Shown: piece after piece, positions 38,415-50,180 of the stretch
How positions within the stretch are numbered: position 1 is the stretch's first letter
How the letters are laid out: each line of letters begins with the position of its first letter
Position numbers and translations under genes: made by a program
From: an uncultured Chloroflexia bacterium
Lineage (GTDB): Bacteria; Chloroflexota; Limnocylindria; Limnocylindrales; CSP1-4
DNA length: 64,000 bases
Assembly (NCBI GenBank): GCA_963749705.1
Contig: CAVVNQ010000007.1
Coordinates: forward strand, 1-64,000
Direction of reading: 5' to 3'
Notes under the pieces: generated by a model
The model's input: only the letters and a program-made list of their open reading frames with translations
Databases searched by the model: none
What the model was told of the DNA's origin: nothing

Positions 38415-39248
38415 TCAGCGCGGGCGAGGCTCGCTCACGCTCCAGCCGCCGCCGACCTCGACGACCTGGCCCGTCACCATCCGCGAGTCGGCGCTCAGCA
38501 GGTGGAGCGCGACCGGCGTGACCGAATCGGGATCGATCGGTCCGCCCGCGAGCGGCTGCCGGCCCGCGAGGTAGGCGAGGATGGCCGGGTCCTCCTGCGC
38601 GCGACGGCTCATCGGGGTCGCGACCAGCGCGGGCGCGATCGCGTTGACCCGGATGCGCTCCGGCGCGTAGTACGCCGCGACGGCGCGCGTGAACGCGTCG
38701 ATGGCGCCCTTGCTCGCCGCGTACGCATGGGTCGCGAAATGGGCGGGTGCCGGATGCGTCGCGAGCACGCTCGACATCATCAGGATCACGCCGCGCTCGC
38801 CGCCGGCATCGGGTTCCTGGACGAGCATCCGGCGGATGGCTCCGCGGGCCACCAGGAACTGGCTCGTCGCATTCGATGCCAGCACCGTCTCCCAGCCTTC
38901 GAGCGTCGCCTCGTGGACCGGTCCATCGCCGAACCGGCGTCCGCTGATCCCGGCCACGCTGTACACCGCGTCCAGCCGCCCGAGCTGCCGGTCGAAGGCC
39001 TGGAACGCGTGATCGACGTCAGCCTCGTCGCGCAGATCCGCCGCCTCCGCGGCGCACCGGCCGCCTGAGCGCTCGATCTCCGCCGCGAGCTCGGCGGCGT
39101 GTTCCTCGGTCCTGGACACGACGAGCACCGACCCGCCCTCGGCCGCGATCGCGCGCGCCGCCGAGGCGGCCAGGCCCGTCGACCCGGTCACGAGCACGTT
39201 GCGGCCGGCGAACCGCCCGCCGCTGACCGGGCCCGTCGATCCGGTCAC
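38415..39248 (-). CDS. Short-chain dehydrogenase/reductase
   Basis: VLVTGSTGLA, GISGRRFGDG, YAASKG, IRVNAIAP, VTGQVVEVGGG. Confidence 0.9.
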   Translation of the reverse strand: MTGSTGPVSGGRFAGRNVLVTGSTGLAASAARAIAAEGGSVLVVSRTEEHAAELAAEIERSGGRCAAEAADLRDEADVDHAFQAFDRQLGRLDAVYSVAGISGRRFGDGPVHEATLEGWETVLASNATSQFLVARGAIRRMLVQEPDAGGERGVILMMSSVLATHPAPAHFATHAYAASKGAIDAFTRAVAAYYAPERIRVNAIAPALVATPMSRRAQEDPAILAYLAGRQPLAGGPIDPDSVTPVALHLLSADSRMVTGQVVEVGGGWSVSEPRPR

Positions 39249-39303
39249 GAGACCGCCGGCCCGCCCGGGTTCACGGTGCGGCCGGGGAACCGAGCGCCAT
39301 CGG

Positions 39304-39954
39304 TCAACGCCGGACCTCGCGGGGCGCGACGGACTCGACGATCGACCGCCGGGTGGCGGTATCTCCCAGCGCCAGTGCGGTGCCGATCCCGACCGCGGCC
39401 GCCCCGGACTCGAGATACGCGGCGGCGCTGGCCGCATCGATGCCGCCGGTCGGGATGAGCTGCGCGTCGGGCATCGAGCCACGGAGCCCGCGCACGAATG
39501 CCGGCCCGACCGACGCGGCCGGGAACAGCTTGACGAACGTGGCTCCGGCCGCCCACGCGGTCGCGATCTCGGTCGGCGTGAACGCACCGGGGATGAACGG
39601 CATGGCCTCGTCGACGGCGGTCGCCACGAGCGACGGGTCGAGCAGCGGCGCGACGGCGAAGTCGGCGCCCGCCCGGCGGGCCGCCTCGAGCTCGTTCCGC
39701 CGGAGCACGCTGCCGGCGCCGACCAGGAACGGTCCGTCCGTCCGCGCCTGCAGGTGGGCCCGTACCGCGGCGAGGTCGGTCTCGGCCGTGTGCGTCTCGA
39801 GCCGGATCTCGAACACCCTCGCGCCCGCATCCGCGAGCTCCTCGACGAGCGCGAGCAGGCCGACGTCGGCACTGGTCGGGCGGAGCACCGCGAGCAGCCG
39901 GTGACGGCGGATGAGGTCGGCGATCGGCCCGGACCTGAGTGTGTCGACGGTCAT
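39304..39954 (-). CDS. eda: KDPG/KHG aldolase family protein
   Basis: LLAVLR, VGAGSV, FAVAP, PGAFTPTE, VKLFPA, PTGGI. Confidence 0.88.
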   Translation of the reverse strand: MTVDTLRSGPIADLIRRHRLLAVLRPTSADVGLLALVEELADAGARVFEIRLETHTAETDLAAVRAHLQARTDGPFLVGAGSVLRRNELEAARRAGADFAVAPLLDPSLVATAVDEAMPFIPGAFTPTEIATAWAAGATFVKLFPAASVGPAFVRGLRGSMPDAQLIPTGGIDAASAAAYLESGAAAVGIGTALALGDTATRRSIVESVAPREVRR

Positions 39955-41252
39955 CCTGTCCCTACCTCCATGCCGATCGTGTCCAGCAGCGCGCCGTCGG
40001 CCAGCAGCCGCTCCCGGATATCACCCGCCGGCACGGCCCGCGGTGTCATGCCGCCCGCGGCGGCGAGCATGGCGGCCGTTCCGGCGGCCTGGCCCATGGC
40101 CATGCAGGTTGCCATCGATCGCGCCGACGCGTGCGCATCGTGCGTCGCGGAGAAGCAGCGGCCCGCAACGAGGAGGCCTTCGATGCCCGCCGGGAGGAGG
40201 CACCGGTAGGGGATGCCGTACACGCCCCGGTCGCCCACGTAGTCCCACGCCGTGTCGCCGCCGGCATGGTGATCCTCGATCGGCGCCCCGCACAGCGCGA
40301 TCTCGTCCGCGAACCGTCGTCCGCCGAGCACGTCATCGCGGGTCAGCCGGTGGTCGCCGTGGATGCGCCGGCTCTCGCGGATCCCGATCGCGGGGCTGGT
40401 CGCGACGATCACGGCCTGCTCGAACCCGGGAACGCGATCCCGGAGGAACCGGTGGTACTCCTGGACCTGGCGCCGGCCCTCGACCTCGGCGCGGGTGAGC
40501 TGCTCCGGGTCGGTCGCGTCGACGTTCGGGATCCGGGTCATGTGGACGAGGACGACGCCCGGGTACGGCGTCCGGTGCCACGAGCCCTCGATCCGCGGCA
40601 GGCGATATCGCCCCTCCGCTGCCGCCTCGCGCATCCGCGCCACCAGCTCAGCCCTCGATACCGCGCGAGCGCGCTCGACGTCCACATTGGCGACCTTGAA
40701 CAGCGTGGACAGCGACTGGACCTGTCCGGTGGTGGTGGCGTCGTCGTACCGGGCGCCCGCCATCGCGCTGACATCGGCGTCCCCCGAGGCATCCACGAAC
40801 ACCGCGGCCTCGACCCATCGCTCGCCGCCCTTGTTCCACAGCCGGATCGCGGTCAGCCGGCCGTCGTCCGCGACGCGCGCGCCGGTCGCCCAGGTGTGGA
40901 GCAGCAGCTCGACCCCGGCGTCCTCGGCGAGTCGCTCCCAGAGCACCTTGAGCGCCTCGGCGTCGTAGGTCACCCCGGTGCCGGCGCCATAGGTGTTGGG
41001 GCGCTCGAAGGCGACGCCGTCCTCGGTCAGCCGTTGCGCGACCTCCCAGCCGAGGCCGCCGACGACCCTCCGCGGCCGCTCGCCCGGCGTGTAGAACGCG
41101 TAGAACGTGTCCAGGACGGCGGTCGATGTCCCGCCCATGAACGCGAGCCGGTCGAGGAGCAGCGTGCGCGCGCCGAGCCGGGCGGCCGTGATCGCGGCGG
41201 CCGAGCCGGCGGCGCCCGATCCGATGACCACGACGTCGAACGGCCCCGTCAA
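39951..41252 (-). CDS. FAD-dependent oxidoreductase (FAD_oxidored family)
   Basis: DVVVIGSGAAG, VDASGDAD, IGIRESRR, YGIPYRCL, LVAGRC.S, MAMGQAAG. Confidence 0.88.
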   Translation of the reverse strand: MTGPFDVVVIGSGAAGSAAAITAARLGARTLLLDRLAFMGGTSTAVLDTFYAFYTPGERPRRVVGGLGWEVAQRLTEDGVAFERPNTYGAGTGVTYDAEALKVLWERLAEDAGVELLLHTWATGARVADDGRLTAIRLWNKGGERWVEAAVFVDASGDADVSAMAGARYDDATTTGQVQSLSTLFKVANVDVERARAVSRAELVARMREAAAEGRYRLPRIEGSWHRTPYPGVVLVHMTRIPNVDATDPEQLTRAEVEGRRQVQEYHRFLRDRVPGFEQAVIVATSPAIGIRESRRIHGDHRLTRDDVLGGRRFADEIALCGAPIEDHHAGGDTAWDYVGDRGVYGIPYRCLLPAGIEGLLVAGRCFSATHDAHASARSMATCMAMGQAAGTAAMLAAAGGMTPRAVPAGDIRERLLADGALLDTIGMEVGTG

Positions 41253-42244
41253 GCGCCCGCTCCGTCGACCCGAACCGCGCCGGCCGCGGCGCCCGCACCG
41301 CCGCCGATGGCGTACAGCCGGGCCGGGTTGCGGACCAGGATCAGGTCCGCGGCGTCGTCGCCCAGCCGCCGCCGCAGTCGCGGCACGAAGGTGGCCATCA
41401 GGTACCGCAGCCCGGGCCCTCCCTCGTAGGCACGCAGGTAGCCGCGCTGGCCGAGGTCGAGGCCGAGCACGATCCGATCGAGATGCCCCGCCGCTGCCAC
41501 GGCCTCGATCAGGTCGAGCACCGTGCTGTCCGGGTGGTACTTGGTCCGCCCGATCGTGTCGTACTCGAGGGTCACGCCCCTGGCCGCGATCTCGGCGTGG
41601 AGCTCGGCGTCCGGGTTGCGATCGAGGTGCGCGAGCGCGACCCGCCCGGGGGCTGCCCCGGCCGCCACCAGCGCGTCGACGATCTCGTGACCGGCGGTCC
41701 CGATCTCGGTGTGGACGAGCACGGCGGCACCGGTCGCGGCGCTCGCGCCGCCGATGGCCTCGAGCCGTCGTCGCTCGCCACGCGTGATCCGGTGGTAGGA
41801 CGCCCCGCCCTTGATCGCGCCCGCACGGGCGGGGTCCGGCGGCAGCCCGGGGTCGAGCCAGTCGGCGGGGTGCATGCCCACCGTGAGGTCGGCGACGACC
41901 CGGTCCGCGAGCACCTCGACGGGGGCCGAGTGGACCCAGTGGTCCGCGGGGTAGTGCCAGTCACGGTGGTACCCGGTGGCGGCGACGATCGTGACCCCGG
42001 TCGCCCCGGCGATCGCCCGCAGCCGGTCCGGCCGGCGCCCCAGCCCGATCGGCGTCATCTCGACGATCGTGCCGATCCCGCTCGTCCGTGCGTCGCGCAC
42101 CTCCTCGATCGAGCGCTCGACGTCCGTGAACGCGCCGGCCGGGTCGGCGGGCGAGTCGAGGATCAGGTGGTCGTGGGCATCGACCACGCCCAGCGCCGCC
42201 GCGGGACGGGGACCGGTGACGGCGATGACGTGGGCCTCGGGCAC
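41249..42244 (-). CDS. Phosphotriesterase-related amidohydrolase (Php/lactonase-like)
   Basis: DAHDHL, EMTPIGLGR, ATGYH, VHTE, AHLDRNPD, LGLD. RBS GGAGGAGG. Confidence 0.88.
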   Translation of the reverse strand: MPEAHVIAVTGPRPAAALGVVDAHDHLILDSPADPAGAFTDVERSIEEVRDARTSGIGTIVEMTPIGLGRRPDRLRAIAGATGVTIVAATGYHRDWHYPADHWVHSAPVEVLADRVVADLTVGMHPADWLDPGLPPDPARAGAIKGGASYHRITRGERRRLEAIGGASAATGAAVLVHTEIGTAGHEIVDALVAAGAAPGRVALAHLDRNPDAELHAEIAARGVTLEYDTIGRTKYHPDSTVLDLIEAVAAAGHLDRIVLGLDLGQRGYLRAYEGGPGLRYLMATFVPRLRRRLGDDAADLILVRNPARLYAIGGGAGAAAGAVRVDGAGA

Positions 42245-42431
42245 CCGACCCTCCTCCGCGACCGCGCCCCGGCGGGCGCCGGGCTGCTCACGATGGTACC
42301 CGCGGGACCCGCGCAAGGAACGCGGGCCGGGACCTTCGAGCCGGCGATGGGGTCCGACCTGCAGACCTGCGGGCGGAATTGCGGGCCGTTCGGCTCATTG
42401 AGCGCAGCGCCTCCGGCCCGACGCTAGAACC

Positions 42432-44882
42432 ATGGCTGCGACCGTCCATCCGGACGTGCGCGTCCCGGCCGTCAGCGACCGGCGATGCGCTCGCGCTCTC
42501 GTCGTCGAGGGCGTGGTCCAGGGTGTCGGCTTCCGACCGTTCGTGTGGCGCCTGGCCACCGAGCTGGACCTGGCCGGGCGGGTCCGGAACGCCGCCGGCC
42601 GCGTCGAGATCGAGGCCGCCGGGGCACCGGCCGCCCTCGATGCGCTGGCTCGACGGCTGCGGTCCGATGCCCCGCCGCGCGCCCGCGTGGAACGCGTCAC
42701 GGTGCGCGACCTGGGCGCCGACGACGACACCCTGCCCCGGCCGTTCGAGATCGTCGAGAGCGTGGGCGCGGCCGGCACGGACCGGCTGTTCCCGCCCGAC
42801 ATCGCGACCTGCGACGCGTGCCTGGCCGAGCTGCGCGATCCGGCGGACCGGCGGTATCGCTATCCGTTCACGAACTGCACCGACTGCGGGCCACGGGCCA
42901 CGATCATCGACCAGCTCCCGTACGACCGATCGCAGACCACGATGCGGGCCTTCCCGCTGTGCCCGGCGTGCGACGCCGAGTACCGGGACCCCGCGGATCG
43001 CCGGTTCCACGCAGAGCCGGTCGCCTGCCCGGACTGCGGACCGAGGCTCGCCTGGCGGCCGACGGGCGCCGCCGCTCCGGTCGCGGCGGGCGACGCGGCC
43101 CTGGCCGCCGCCGTGCGCCTGCTGCTCGACGGCGGGATCGTCGCGGTCAAGGGCCTGGGTGGCTACCAGCTCGCCTGCGACGCGACGAGCGAGGAGGCCG
43201 TGATGCGGCTCCGGGATCGCAAGCGGCGCTGGGCGAAGCCGTTCGCGATCATGGTCCGGGACCTCGGCGCCGCGCGGGTCCTGTGCCGGATCGGGGCGGC
43301 CGAGCGCCGCCTGCTGACGGGACCGGCGCGACCGATCGTGCTCCTCGAGGCCCGGCGCGACGTCCGGCCCGGGCTCGCCCCGACTCTCGCCCCGGCCGTC
43401 GCGGCGGGAAATCGCCGGCTGGGCGTGTTCCTGCCCTGCACGCCGCTCCACCATCTCCTCATGGCCGACCTCGACCGGCCGATCGTGCTCACCTCCGGCA
43501 ACCTCACCGACGAGCCGCTGGCCACCGACGACGCCGACGCCCTGGCCCGCCTGTCGGGCCTCGCCGACGGCTTCCTGGTCCACGACCGCGAGATCCGGGC
43601 GCGGTACGACGACTCGGTCACGCGCGTCGTCGCGGGCCGCGAGTCGATCGTGCGCCGCGCCCGCGGCTACGCCCCGGACCCGGTCGACCTGCCCCTGCCC
43701 ACACCGACACCGCTGCTCGCGGTGGGCGCCGAGCTCAAGCACACGTTCACGCTGGCTCGCGGCGGGCGTGCCCACGTCGCGCCGCATAACGGCGACCTCG
43801 AGGATCTCGCGACCCACCGGGCGTTCACCGACGGGCTCGCCCACCTGTCGCGGCTGCTCTCGCTCGAGCCCGAGGTCGTCGTCCACGACCTCCACCCCGA
43901 GTACCTCTCGACCAAGTACGCGATCGAGCGGTTCCCGCCGTCCCGCCGGATCGCCGTCCAGCACCACCACGCGCACGTCGCCTCGTGCGCCGCCGAGCAC
44001 GGGATCACCGAGCCGGTCCTGGGCGTCGCCTACGACGGCCTGGGCATGGGCGACGACGGGACCCTGTGGGGCGGCGAGCTGCTGCTGGCCGACCTGCGCG
44101 GGTACCGGCGGCTGGCACGGTTCGGCCGGGCCCCGCTGCCCGGCGGCGCGCTCGCGGTCCGGCGGCCGTACCGGATGGCGCTCGGGTACCTGTTCGGCGC
44201 CGAGGCGCTCGACGGACGCGGGGACGTGCCCGGCATCCCGCTCGCCGACGACGCCATCGCCGGGTTCCTCGCCCGCCTCGAGGCCCGCGAGGTCGCGCTC
44301 GTTCGCACCCAGGTCGCGCGGCGGCTCAACGCGCCCGTCGCCTCGTCGGCCGGTCGCCTGTTCGATGCCGCCGCGGCGCTGCTCGGGATCCGCGACATCG
44401 CCGAGTTCGAGGCGCAGGCGGCCGTCGATCTCGAGCTCGCGGCCGGCGACCGGGCCGCCCGATCGCTCCCGTACGCCATCGGGCGGTCGGAGGGGCTGCT
44501 GGTCTACGACCCGCGCCCGACGCTGGCCGCGCTCGTGGTCGCCCGGGCGGGCGGTGCCGCCGTGGCGCCGCTGGCGGCCGCCTTCCAGGAGACGATCGCG
44601 GACGTCACCCGGACGCTCCTGTCCGAGGCACGGGCAGCAACCGGCGTGCGCACCGTGTGCCTGTCGGGCGGCGTGTTCCAGAACCGGCGGCTCGCGTCCA
44701 CGCTGCTCCGGCGGCTGGCGCGCGACGGGTTCGAGGTGTTCATCAATCGACGCGTTCCCGTCAACGACGGCGGGGTGAGCTACGGCCAGGCCGCGATCGG
44801 TGCCGCACGGCTCGGCTCGGCGTCCGGCGCCGCACGGCTCGGATCGGGCGCCGTCCCGACGACCCCGGCGACGGAGGGCTGA
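42432..44882 (+). CDS. hypF: Carbamoyltransferase HypF
   Basis: GVVQGVGFRPF acylphosphatase domain, Zn fingers CDAC..CTDCGPR / CPAC..CPDCGP, QHHHAH, NDGGVSYGQ. Confidence 0.97.
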   Translation: MAATVHPDVRVPAVSDRRCARALVVEGVVQGVGFRPFVWRLATELDLAGRVRNAAGRVEIEAAGAPAALDALARRLRSDAPPRARVERVTVRDLGADDDTLPRPFEIVESVGAAGTDRLFPPDIATCDACLAELRDPADRRYRYPFTNCTDCGPRATIIDQLPYDRSQTTMRAFPLCPACDAEYRDPADRRFHAEPVACPDCGPRLAWRPTGAAAPVAAGDAALAAAVRLLLDGGIVAVKGLGGYQLACDATSEEAVMRLRDRKRRWAKPFAIMVRDLGAARVLCRIGAAERRLLTGPARPIVLLEARRDVRPGLAPTLAPAVAAGNRRLGVFLPCTPLHHLLMADLDRPIVLTSGNLTDEPLATDDADALARLSGLADGFLVHDREIRARYDDSVTRVVAGRESIVRRARGYAPDPVDLPLPTPTPLLAVGAELKHTFTLARGGRAHVAPHNGDLEDLATHRAFTDGLAHLSRLLSLEPEVVVHDLHPEYLSTKYAIERFPPSRRIAVQHHHAHVASCAAEHGITEPVLGVAYDGLGMGDDGTLWGGELLLADLRGYRRLARFGRAPLPGGALAVRRPYRMALGYLFGAEALDGRGDVPGIPLADDAIAGFLARLEAREVALVRTQVARRLNAPVASSAGRLFDAAAALLGIRDIAEFEAQAAVDLELAAGDRAARSLPYAIGRSEGLLVYDPRPTLAALVVARAGGAAVAPLAAAFQETIADVTRTLLSEARAATGVRTVCLSGGVFQNRRLASTLLRRLARDGFEVFINRRVPVNDGGVSYGQAAIGAARLGSASGAARLGSGAVPTTPATEG

Positions 44883-44886
44883 TCGG

Positions 44887-45233
44887 ATGTGTCTCGGCAT
44901 CCCGGGCAGGGTCACGGAGATCCATGACGAGGCGGGGCTCGCCATGGGCAGGGTCGACTTCGGCGGCGTCCGCAAGGAGGCCTGCCTGGCATACCTGCCC
45001 GACGTCGCTCCCGGCGACTACGTGATCGTCCACGTCGGCTTCGCGATCTCGAAGGTGGACGAGGCGGAGGCGCTCAAGACGCTCGAGATCCTGGCGACGA
45101 TGGGCGTGGTCGAGCCGGAGCTGATGACGATGGGGCCGGGCATGGCGGAGCCCGCGGTGGTGTCCGACGAGGTGGCCGGCGACGCGAACCCGCTGGACCA
45201 CGCGCCCCGGCCGGCAACGAACGGCGGGTCGTC

Positions 45234-45237
<4 letters not shown>
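44887..45237 (+). CDS. hypC: Hydrogenase maturation chaperone HypC
   Basis: MCLGIPG…[12 protein letters not shown]. Confidence 0.96.
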
Positions 45238-46405
<1,168 letters not shown>

Positions 46406-46409
<4 letters not shown>

Positions 46410-47497
46410 CCTCGTCGAGTGAGCCTCGGATCGCGATCGACGCCACCGTCGACGCCACCGGCGCCGTCTGCCCGGCGCCGATCCCGGAGGACCAGCGCGT
46501 GATCCTCGGGCACGGCTCCGGCGGGCAGCTGTCGAACGCCCTGATGCGTGACCTGCTGGTGCCCGCGCTGGCCGTTGCCGCGCCCGGCGGCCCGCTCAAC
46601 GACGCGGCCGTGGTCGAGGTCGCCGGCACGCGCGTCGCGTTCACCACCGACTCGTTCGTGGTGTCGCCGATCCGGTTCCCGGGCGGCGACATCGGGGAGC
46701 TGGCCGTCAACGGCACCGTCAACGACCTCGCGATGATGGGCGCCCAGCCGCTCGCGCTCAGCCTCGCCTACGTGATCGAGGAAGGGCTGCCGCTCGAGGA
46801 GCTGCGCGCGATCACGGCGTCCGCGGCCGCCGCGGCTGCCCGGGCCGGCGCGAGCATCGTGACCGGCGACACCAAGGTCGTCGGGCGGGGCGCCGCGGAC
46901 CGGCTGTTCGTCAACACCTCCGGGATCGGGCTCGTCCCCGACGGCGTCAGCCTTTCGGCGGACCGGGCGCAGCCGGGCGATGCCGTCATCCTGTCGGGCC
47001 CGATCGGCCTCCACGGCGTCGCGATCATGAGCGTCCGCGAGGGGCTCGAGTTCGAGGTCGAGATCGCGTCGGACACCCAGGCGCTCAACGTGCTCGTTGC
47101 TGCGATCCTCGCCGTTGAGCCGGACGTCCGGGTGCTGCGGGACCCGACGCGCGGCGGCCTGTCATCCGCGCTCAACGAGATCGCCGCCGCGTCCCGCGTG
47201 GGCATGGTCCTCGACGAGCCGGCGATCCCGGTCCCGGGGCCCGTCCGCGCCGCCTGCGAGCTCCTTGGGCTGGATCCGCTCCACGTCGCCAACGAGGGCA
47301 AGCTGGTGGCCATCGTGCCGGCGGCCTCGGCGGACGCGGTGCTCGCGGCGATGCGTGTCCTCCCCGAGGGCGCCGAGGCCGCCACGATCGGGAGCATCGT
47401 GGCCGACCACCCGGGCATGGTCACGATCCGTACGATCGTCGGCAGCGAGCGCATCGTGGACATGCTGGTCGGGGAGCAGCTGCCCCGGATCTGCTGA
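46406..47497 (+). CDS. hypE: Hydrogenase maturation protein HypE
   Basis: [27 protein letters not shown]-terminal EQLPRIC. Confidence 0.97.
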
Positions 47498-47524
47498 TCG
47501 GGCGAAGCCCCGAGCCGGGCCGGG

Positions 47525-47947
47525 TCAATGGCTGGGGCGATCCCCGTGGTCGCGGGTCTCGTACAGCTTGGACACGACTCGTCCCATGCCGTAGCCGATG
47601 GTCACGGGGGCGGAGAACCAGATCGCGGCGAGCACGCCCGAGATCGGGTCCAGCGGCACCGGTCGTCCGACGCCGAACGAGAGGAACAGGATCAGGATCA
47701 TCCCAAGCAGGACGCCGATCAGCACGACCATCAGGCCCGTCCAGCCACGCGTGATCAGCCCTGCGGTGCCGCCGCCCAGCAGCAGCAGGATGGGCGAGAT
47801 CACGACGGCGGTCATCGCGCAATCGCTGTTGAACCCCTGGCCGACGCACCCGAGGTTGGCGCCCCCGAACACCGCCAGCGGGCAGGCGATGGTCGCGATC
47901 AGGAGCGCGGCGACGTCCCGTGCCCCGCTGTAACGCACCGGTTCCAT
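47525..47947 (-). CDS. Hypothetical membrane protein (about 4 TM)
   Basis: RBS GAGGAGG, hydrophobic helices, and a C..C pair in the first loop. Confidence 0.7.
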   Translation of the reverse strand: MEPVRYSGARDVAALLIATIACPLAVFGGANLGCVGQGFNSDCAMTAVVISPILLLLGGGTAGLITRGWTGLMVVLIGVLLGMILILFLSFGVGRPVPLDPISGVLAAIWFSAPVTIGYGMGRVVSKLYETRDHGDRPSH

Positions 47948-48051
47948 GCGTCCCTCCTCTGCGTCACCAATGATGCGCTGACCGGGCGGCCCCGGGAAGG
48001 GCTTTGCGGGCGATGCATGATGCCCGGCCGTGGGGATGTGCGGTCGATGCG

Positions 48052-48082
48052 CCGAGGCCCCTCCGTTCGGGAGGGGCCTCGG
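48052..48082 (-). terminator. Stem-loop downstream of the NCS1 gene
   Basis: CCGAGGCCCCTCC-GTTCG-GGAGGGGCCTCGG, a 13-bp stem. Confidence 0.6.
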
Positions 48083-48123
48083 ACCGTTTGCAGCCTTTCG
48101 CGCCGGCGAAGCCGGCCGCGAGG

Positions 48124-49686
48124 TCAGGCGGTCTGCTCCGCCATCCGGGGCCGGTCGAGCACGTACGACAGCGCGTAGTACAGGGCTCCGGACACGATCA
48201 GGCCGACCACCCAGCTGTAGTCGTAGAGCGACTTCAGGACCGGGATGATGCCGTCGGCCGGGAACGGCTGGCCACCGGGGTTGGAGTACGCCCCGCCGAT
48301 CGCGAAGAAGATGCCGACGAGGAGCGAGACGACCGCGATCCAGTTCCAGCCACGGACGTAGCGATACACGCCCGAAGGCCGGTACAGGTCGGCCAGCTTG
48401 AGCTTGGTGCGACGCACCAGCCAGTAGTCGACGATCAGGACGCCGGCGATGGCGCCGGTGGCGCCGCCGTAGGTGCCCAGCCACGTGAAGATGTAGGCGT
48501 TGGGGTCGTTGAGCAGGTTCCAGGGCTGGATCACGATGCCGACGATGCCCGTGATGATGCCGCCGGTCCGGAACGAGATCATCCGCGGCCAGACGTTCGA
48601 GAAGTCGTACGACGGGCTCACGACGTTGGCCGCGACGTTCGTGGTCAGCGTTGCGAGCGCGAGGGTCGCGAGCATGATGATCAGGACGATGGGGTTGTCC
48701 AGCCGGCTCGTCAGGGCGACCGGGTCCCAGATCGCCTCACCGTAGACGACGACCGTCGCCGACGTGGTCAGGACGCCGACCAGCGGGAACAGGGTCATCG
48801 TGGTCGGCAGCCCAAGGGCCTGGCCGTAGGCCTGGTCACGCTGGCTGCGGCCGAACCGGGTGAAGTCGGGCATGTTGAGCGACAGGGTGGACCAGAACGC
48901 GATCATGCCCATCAGCGAGATCGGGAAGATGGCCCAGAAGCCGCTGCCCCAGCCGAGGGTGCCCGGCTCCTGGACGACGCTGCCGAAGTCGCCGGCCTGC
49001 GCGATCATCCAGACCATGAGGCCCAGGAACACGACGATCAGGAACGGGGCGGCCCAGCTCTCGAACCTCTTGATCGCTTCCATGCCCCACAGGATGACGA
49101 TCATGTTCAGGGCCCAGAACACGGCGAAGCTCAGCCACAGGGTCCACGGCTGGGCAGCCGCGACGCCGAAGCCGATCGAGATCTTGTCCGCGGTCATCCA
49201 CCAGGAGTCGCTGCCCAGCAGGGCCCCGACCACGGCGAACAGCGCCGATCCGCCGATCCACGTCTGGATCCCGAACCAGGCGCAGGCGACGAGGGCCCGG
49301 ATGAGCGCCGGCAGGTTGGCGCCGACGACGCCGAACGACGCGCGCGCGATCACCGGGTAGGGGATGCCGTACTTGGTCCCGGCATGGCTGATCAACAGCA
49401 TCGGGACGAGGACGATGAGGTTGCCCAGGAAGATCGTCATGATCGCCTGGGTCCACGACATCCCGAGGGCGATCAGGCCGGAGGCCAGCAGCCAGCTCGG
49501 GATGTTGATGGACATGCCCACCCACAGCGCGAGGTAGTTGTAGGTGCTCCAGTTCCGCCGGCTGATCGGGACCGGGGCAAGGTCCGCGTTGTGCAGCGGG
49601 TACTGATCGAGGCTGCGATCCACGTCGGCGTTCAGCTCGATTCGGCCGTCCGAGAGGATGTTCTGCTCTGCCGAAGCTAGTGCCAT
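48124..49686 (-). CDS. NCS1 nucleobase:cation symporter (uracil/allantoin permease-like)
   Basis: HNADLAP…WSTYNY..LWVGM, GTKYGIPYPV..RASFG..GA, LNMPDFTRF, NVAANVV, DYWLVRR. Confidence 0.93.
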   Translation of the reverse strand: MALASAEQNILSDGRIELNADVDRSLDQYPLHNADLAPVPISRRNWSTYNYLALWVGMSINIPSWLLASGLIALGMSWTQAIMTIFLGNLIVLVPMLLISHAGTKYGIPYPVIARASFGVVGANLPALIRALVACAWFGIQTWIGGSALFAVVGALLGSDSWWMTADKISIGFGVAAAQPWTLWLSFAVFWALNMIVILWGMEAIKRFESWAAPFLIVVFLGLMVWMIAQAGDFGSVVQEPGTLGWGSGFWAIFPISLMGMIAFWSTLSLNMPDFTRFGRSQRDQAYGQALGLPTTMTLFPLVGVLTTSATVVVYGEAIWDPVALTSRLDNPIVLIIMLATLALATLTTNVAANVVSPSYDFSNVWPRMISFRTGGIITGIVGIVIQPWNLLNDPNAYIFTWLGTYGGATGAIAGVLIVDYWLVRRTKLKLADLYRPSGVYRYVRGWNWIAVVSLLVGIFFAIGGAYSNPGGQPFPADGIIPVLKSLYDYSWVVGLIVSGALYYALSYVLDRPRMAEQTA

Positions 49687-50180
49687 GTGCCTCCCTCCGC
49701 GAAGTTGGACAACGGTTCAGGAACCGCTCGCTGGCTGTGCGTACGCCCCCCAGGCCGTACGAGCAGCCGGGATCGTCGTCGCTGGGCACCTCCCTCGGGT
49801 CGATCCCTCCGGTCCACCCGTGATCCGGTTCCATCCCCAATGGGCGTAGTTTGCTCCGCCCGCGCGCCGGGTCAAGCCGCACGCGGCACCCGCGTTCCGG
49901 ATACGCATCGACGCGGACCGGTTGCGAGCTGGTAATGGCCGATTACAGCACCCCCGGCTGAGGCCGGCAGAGGGCCTGAGGTCCCGAGAATCACCCCCCC
50001 TTCGGGCCTGTGCGTCATTCGCCGATGACGCCATGGGCCCAGCGCACGGGTCACGAACCGACAGGCCCGGGTCCTTCGGGGATTCCGGCTCATGCCGGTG
50101 CCACGCATGAAGCGCGAGGCTTGGAGGCCATTGGCGGTGGCCGCGTCGAGCCACCCCGTTCTCGCATTGGAGAGGAACCC

